Shown here one piece after another: positions 61,836 through 64,000 of a stretch of 64,000 bases of DNA. The notes under the pieces were generated by a model. That model did not search any database and had not been told where the DNA came from. It worked only from the letters and a program-made list of their open reading frames with translations. The position numbers and the translations under genes are program-made. Numbering within the stretch: the stretch's first letter is position 1; each line of letters starts with the position of its first letter. Source of the DNA: Candidatus Brocadiia bacterium (lineage in GTDB: Bacteria > Planctomycetota > Brocadiia > CAIUPP01); the NCBI GenBank assembly GCA_050015075.1, contig JBEKCB010000023.1:1-64000 (forward strand), written 5' to 3'.

Positions 61836-64000
61836 ATGCAGCAGCACGCCTTCGCACGCCCGCGCTTCATTCTCGCCGCTGTGGTCTTCAGTGCAGCAGC
61901 TTTCCTGGGCGCACGCAACGGCTGGGCACAGCCGGTTAAAGCGGGGTATCCCAACCCCGCGTGGAACGTCAACGGCGACGGCAACGGCAACCTGATCGGC
62001 AACGTCAAGCGGAGCGAACCGGTACCCGGCGCCCCGCTCAACGTCACCGGCACGCGCGTCCTGTCGTTCGACGATCTGATCAACGCGAACGGCACGAACT
62101 ACGCCCTCTACCTCTGGCAGGATGGCGATCCCGTGCCGGGCGCTCCCGTGGCGAACTTCACGAAAGGGCCCGGCCAGGCGCAGCCCTTTACGTACACGGC
62201 AACGCTCGCCGTCAACGACGGTCCCAATATCGCCGGTAACACGGCGCCATACAATGTGCACCGTTTCTGGAACTGGCGCGTGGACGTAAGCAACGGCTCG
62301 GGGACGACCACCGGCGACGTATGGCAGTTCCGCGTCCCGCTCGAAGCGCCCACAAACAACTCGACGGACGTGAGCGTCTACTGCAAGTTCGAGTGGGAAG
62401 CGAGCGCCGACTATACTACGGGGGTTACAACGGAAGGGATCTACATTATTGACCCCAACGCTGTCCCCAGCCAGGTTGGAAAATGGTACTCCGGCACGAC
62501 CACAACGGCCCCGAACACGGCGCTGACCCACAAGGTAGTCGATCTCTTTCCCAAGCCACCGGCGTTTTACGGCAGCGCTTACCCGGACTACCGGGAATTC
62601 TGGATTCATGACGCCACCTACCTGTTCCAAGGCTACCCGCGGCTGCAGCCGAGCACGACGTATCAGTGGCGGATCTGGTACACCTCGACGACGGGAATAC
62701 CGTTAGCGAACGCCTCGATCCAACTTGATTTGCTCGAGGATCTGCCGGCCGGACAGACCGCGACATTCACTATTTATGACCCCGCGGGCAATGGCGGCAA
62801 GGGCCTGACTGTACCGGTTACGCTAACCGGTGAGATTGACCCTACCATCGCCGGCTCTTTTTACACCGTAGTGAGCGCGGCGATTGCCGGCCAGGCCCCG
62901 CCAGGCTCAAACATCTCGCTCATCACAGTCACCGATAGTACCGTCGCGGGCACCAACTCGCCGATCCTCACGCTCACCTGGCCCGTGGCCGGCACCGCCG
63001 GCAACAGCGTGACGGTAACCATCCCCACTGCCAGTGCGCCATATCTGGCTACGACTCCGGCGCCGGTTCCGCCGGCGACAGCGGCGAACTTTGCAAACGG
63101 CGTGACCTCGAAGGGCTTCTACGGACCCATCTACAGTTTCACCACGGTGAGCGAAGCCTACGTGAACAATGTGGACGGGGATGCCAGTTCGGGCTATGAC
63201 CCGGCCGTGCAAAGCCTGATTGTTTATTGGCAGCATCCGCAGGGCCGCCTCGCTCGCGACCCGGAAGAAAATGTCACGACCTTCGAGCCACTGGCAAGCC
63301 AACTTCAGGCCATTCATCAGAACGACCTCGAGCCAACCGTCAAGACGCTGATTTTCGGCACAGAGCAAATGGCCGCCTCGTACGGAGGGCTGGACACCGT
63401 CGCGCTCAATAATATACAGCAGGTCTATGTCCCCGACATTACGCAGTGGCCGGGATGGTACACGTTTGGCGGGGCGACGGCCGTTAAAGGCGCCTATGAT
63501 ACGGGACAATATAACAAGCGCGTCGGCACCGGCTATCCGCAGACTTTACCGGTGTTTCCGCTCTTTTACTCAAGCGCTGACGCGCAGCCGCACCCCTGGG
63601 CGACGCAGGACCGTTATTCCGAGTGGGTCGCCAAGGGCATTCGGACATGGCTCGAGGACGCCGCGAATCAACTCGCCTTCAACGCCCTGAACGAGCACGC
63701 GTGGCTGCCCAACTTGCAGTACGTTGTGCTGCTCGGCGACGCTAACCGCGTGGCCCCGAGCTTCTACTACTACTATGCCCCCTTCTACCCCAACGAAAAT
63801 AACCGATGGTTGCCGACGGACTTCTTCTATGCGACACAGAACGGCGTTGGTGCTGCCAGTCTCACAACCCCTACCGCGGTCGTCTCCACCTCGGTCGGCA
63901 CTAAGACCGGCACCAGCAACTCGGGCGGCTTCCAGGTCAGCCGCATTCCCGTCCGCATGGCGCCTTACATTACGATTGACCAGTCGGGCAACACCTTCCC
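61836..64000 (+). CDS. Large secreted protein with Ig/Fn3-like N-terminal modules and a peptidase C25 (gingipain)-like domain; 3'-truncated by the window, not in ORF track
   Basis: Hand translation from ATG 61836 (GAGG SD) is open to the window end: MQQHAFARPRFILAAVVFSAAAFLG..., WNWRVDV...GDVWQF, LQPSTTYQWRI, LQYVVLLGDA, PTDFFYA and VSRIPVR. Confidence 0.75.
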   Translation, partial: MQQHAFARPRFILAAVVFSAAAFLGARNGWAQPVKAGYPNPAWNVNGDGNGNLIGNVKRSEPVPGAPLNVTGTRVLSFDDLINANGTNYALYLWQDGDPVPGAPVANFTKGPGQAQPFTYTATLAVNDGPNIAGNTAPYNVHRFWNWRVDVSNGSGTTTGDVWQFRVPLEAPTNNSTDVSVYCKFEWEASADYTTGVTTEGIYIIDPNAVPSQVGKWYSGTTTTAPNTALTHKVVDLFPKPPAFYGSAYPDYREFWIHDATYLFQGYPRLQPSTTYQWRIWYTSTTGIPLANASIQLDLLEDLPAGQTATFTIYDPAGNGGKGLTVPVTLTGEIDPTIAGSFYTVVSAAIAGQAPPGSNISLITVTDSTVAGTNSPILTLTWPVAGTAGNSVTVTIPTASAPYLATTPAPVPPATAANFANGVTSKGFYGPIYSFTTVSEAYVNNVDGDASSGYDPAVQSLIVYWQHPQGRLARDPEENVTTFEPLASQLQAIHQNDLEPTVKTLIFGTEQMAASYGGLDTVALNNIQQVYVPDITQWPGWYTFGGATAVKGAYDTGQYNKRVGTGYPQTLPVFPLFYSSADAQPHPWATQDRYSEWVAKGIRTWLEDAANQLAFNALNEHAWLPNLQYVVLLGDANRVAPSFYYYYAPFYPNENNRWLPTDFFYATQNGVGAASLTTPTAVVSTSVGTKTGTSNSGGFQVSRIPVRMAPYITIDQSGNTF

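Overview
A 64-kb, GC-rich bacterial chromosomal window. The rpoD architecture, the divergent dnaA and the gene content suggest a Planctomycetota/PVC organism (inference). Core genes: tRNA-Pro(CGG), xerD, pabA/trpG, a divergent dnaA with upstream DnaA boxes, mlaEFD, aspS-hisS, dnaG-rpoD, accA and nagA. Accessory content: a BlaI/BlaR1(M56) pair with a visible double operator, two tandem DUF6057-like membrane/TPR genes plus a CxxCH-bearing PD40 propeller, mntH-USP, a polyol dehydrogenase/epimerase/sulfatase cluster, a type IIG restriction-modification fusion, a stand-alone MBL hydrolase, a 990-aa modular coiled-coil protein, three GT-C-like glycosyltransferases and a 3'-truncated C25-like peptidase missing from the ORF track. 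The most striking signal is non-coding: a 138-bp element with two palindromes and a fixed-length linker occurs twice, 42 kb apart (16203-16340 and, inverted, 58091-58228). Each copy has its own 4-bp flanking duplication and lies in a divergent promoter region, consistent with a MITE-like family whose novelty I cannot check. Other notable observations: an ApgM-like protein lacking most metal ligands, a 37-bp copy of the mlaD 3' end bracketing a two-gene insert, and several short-period hairpin repeat families. All family assignments come from motifs recognised by eye; no database searches were run.
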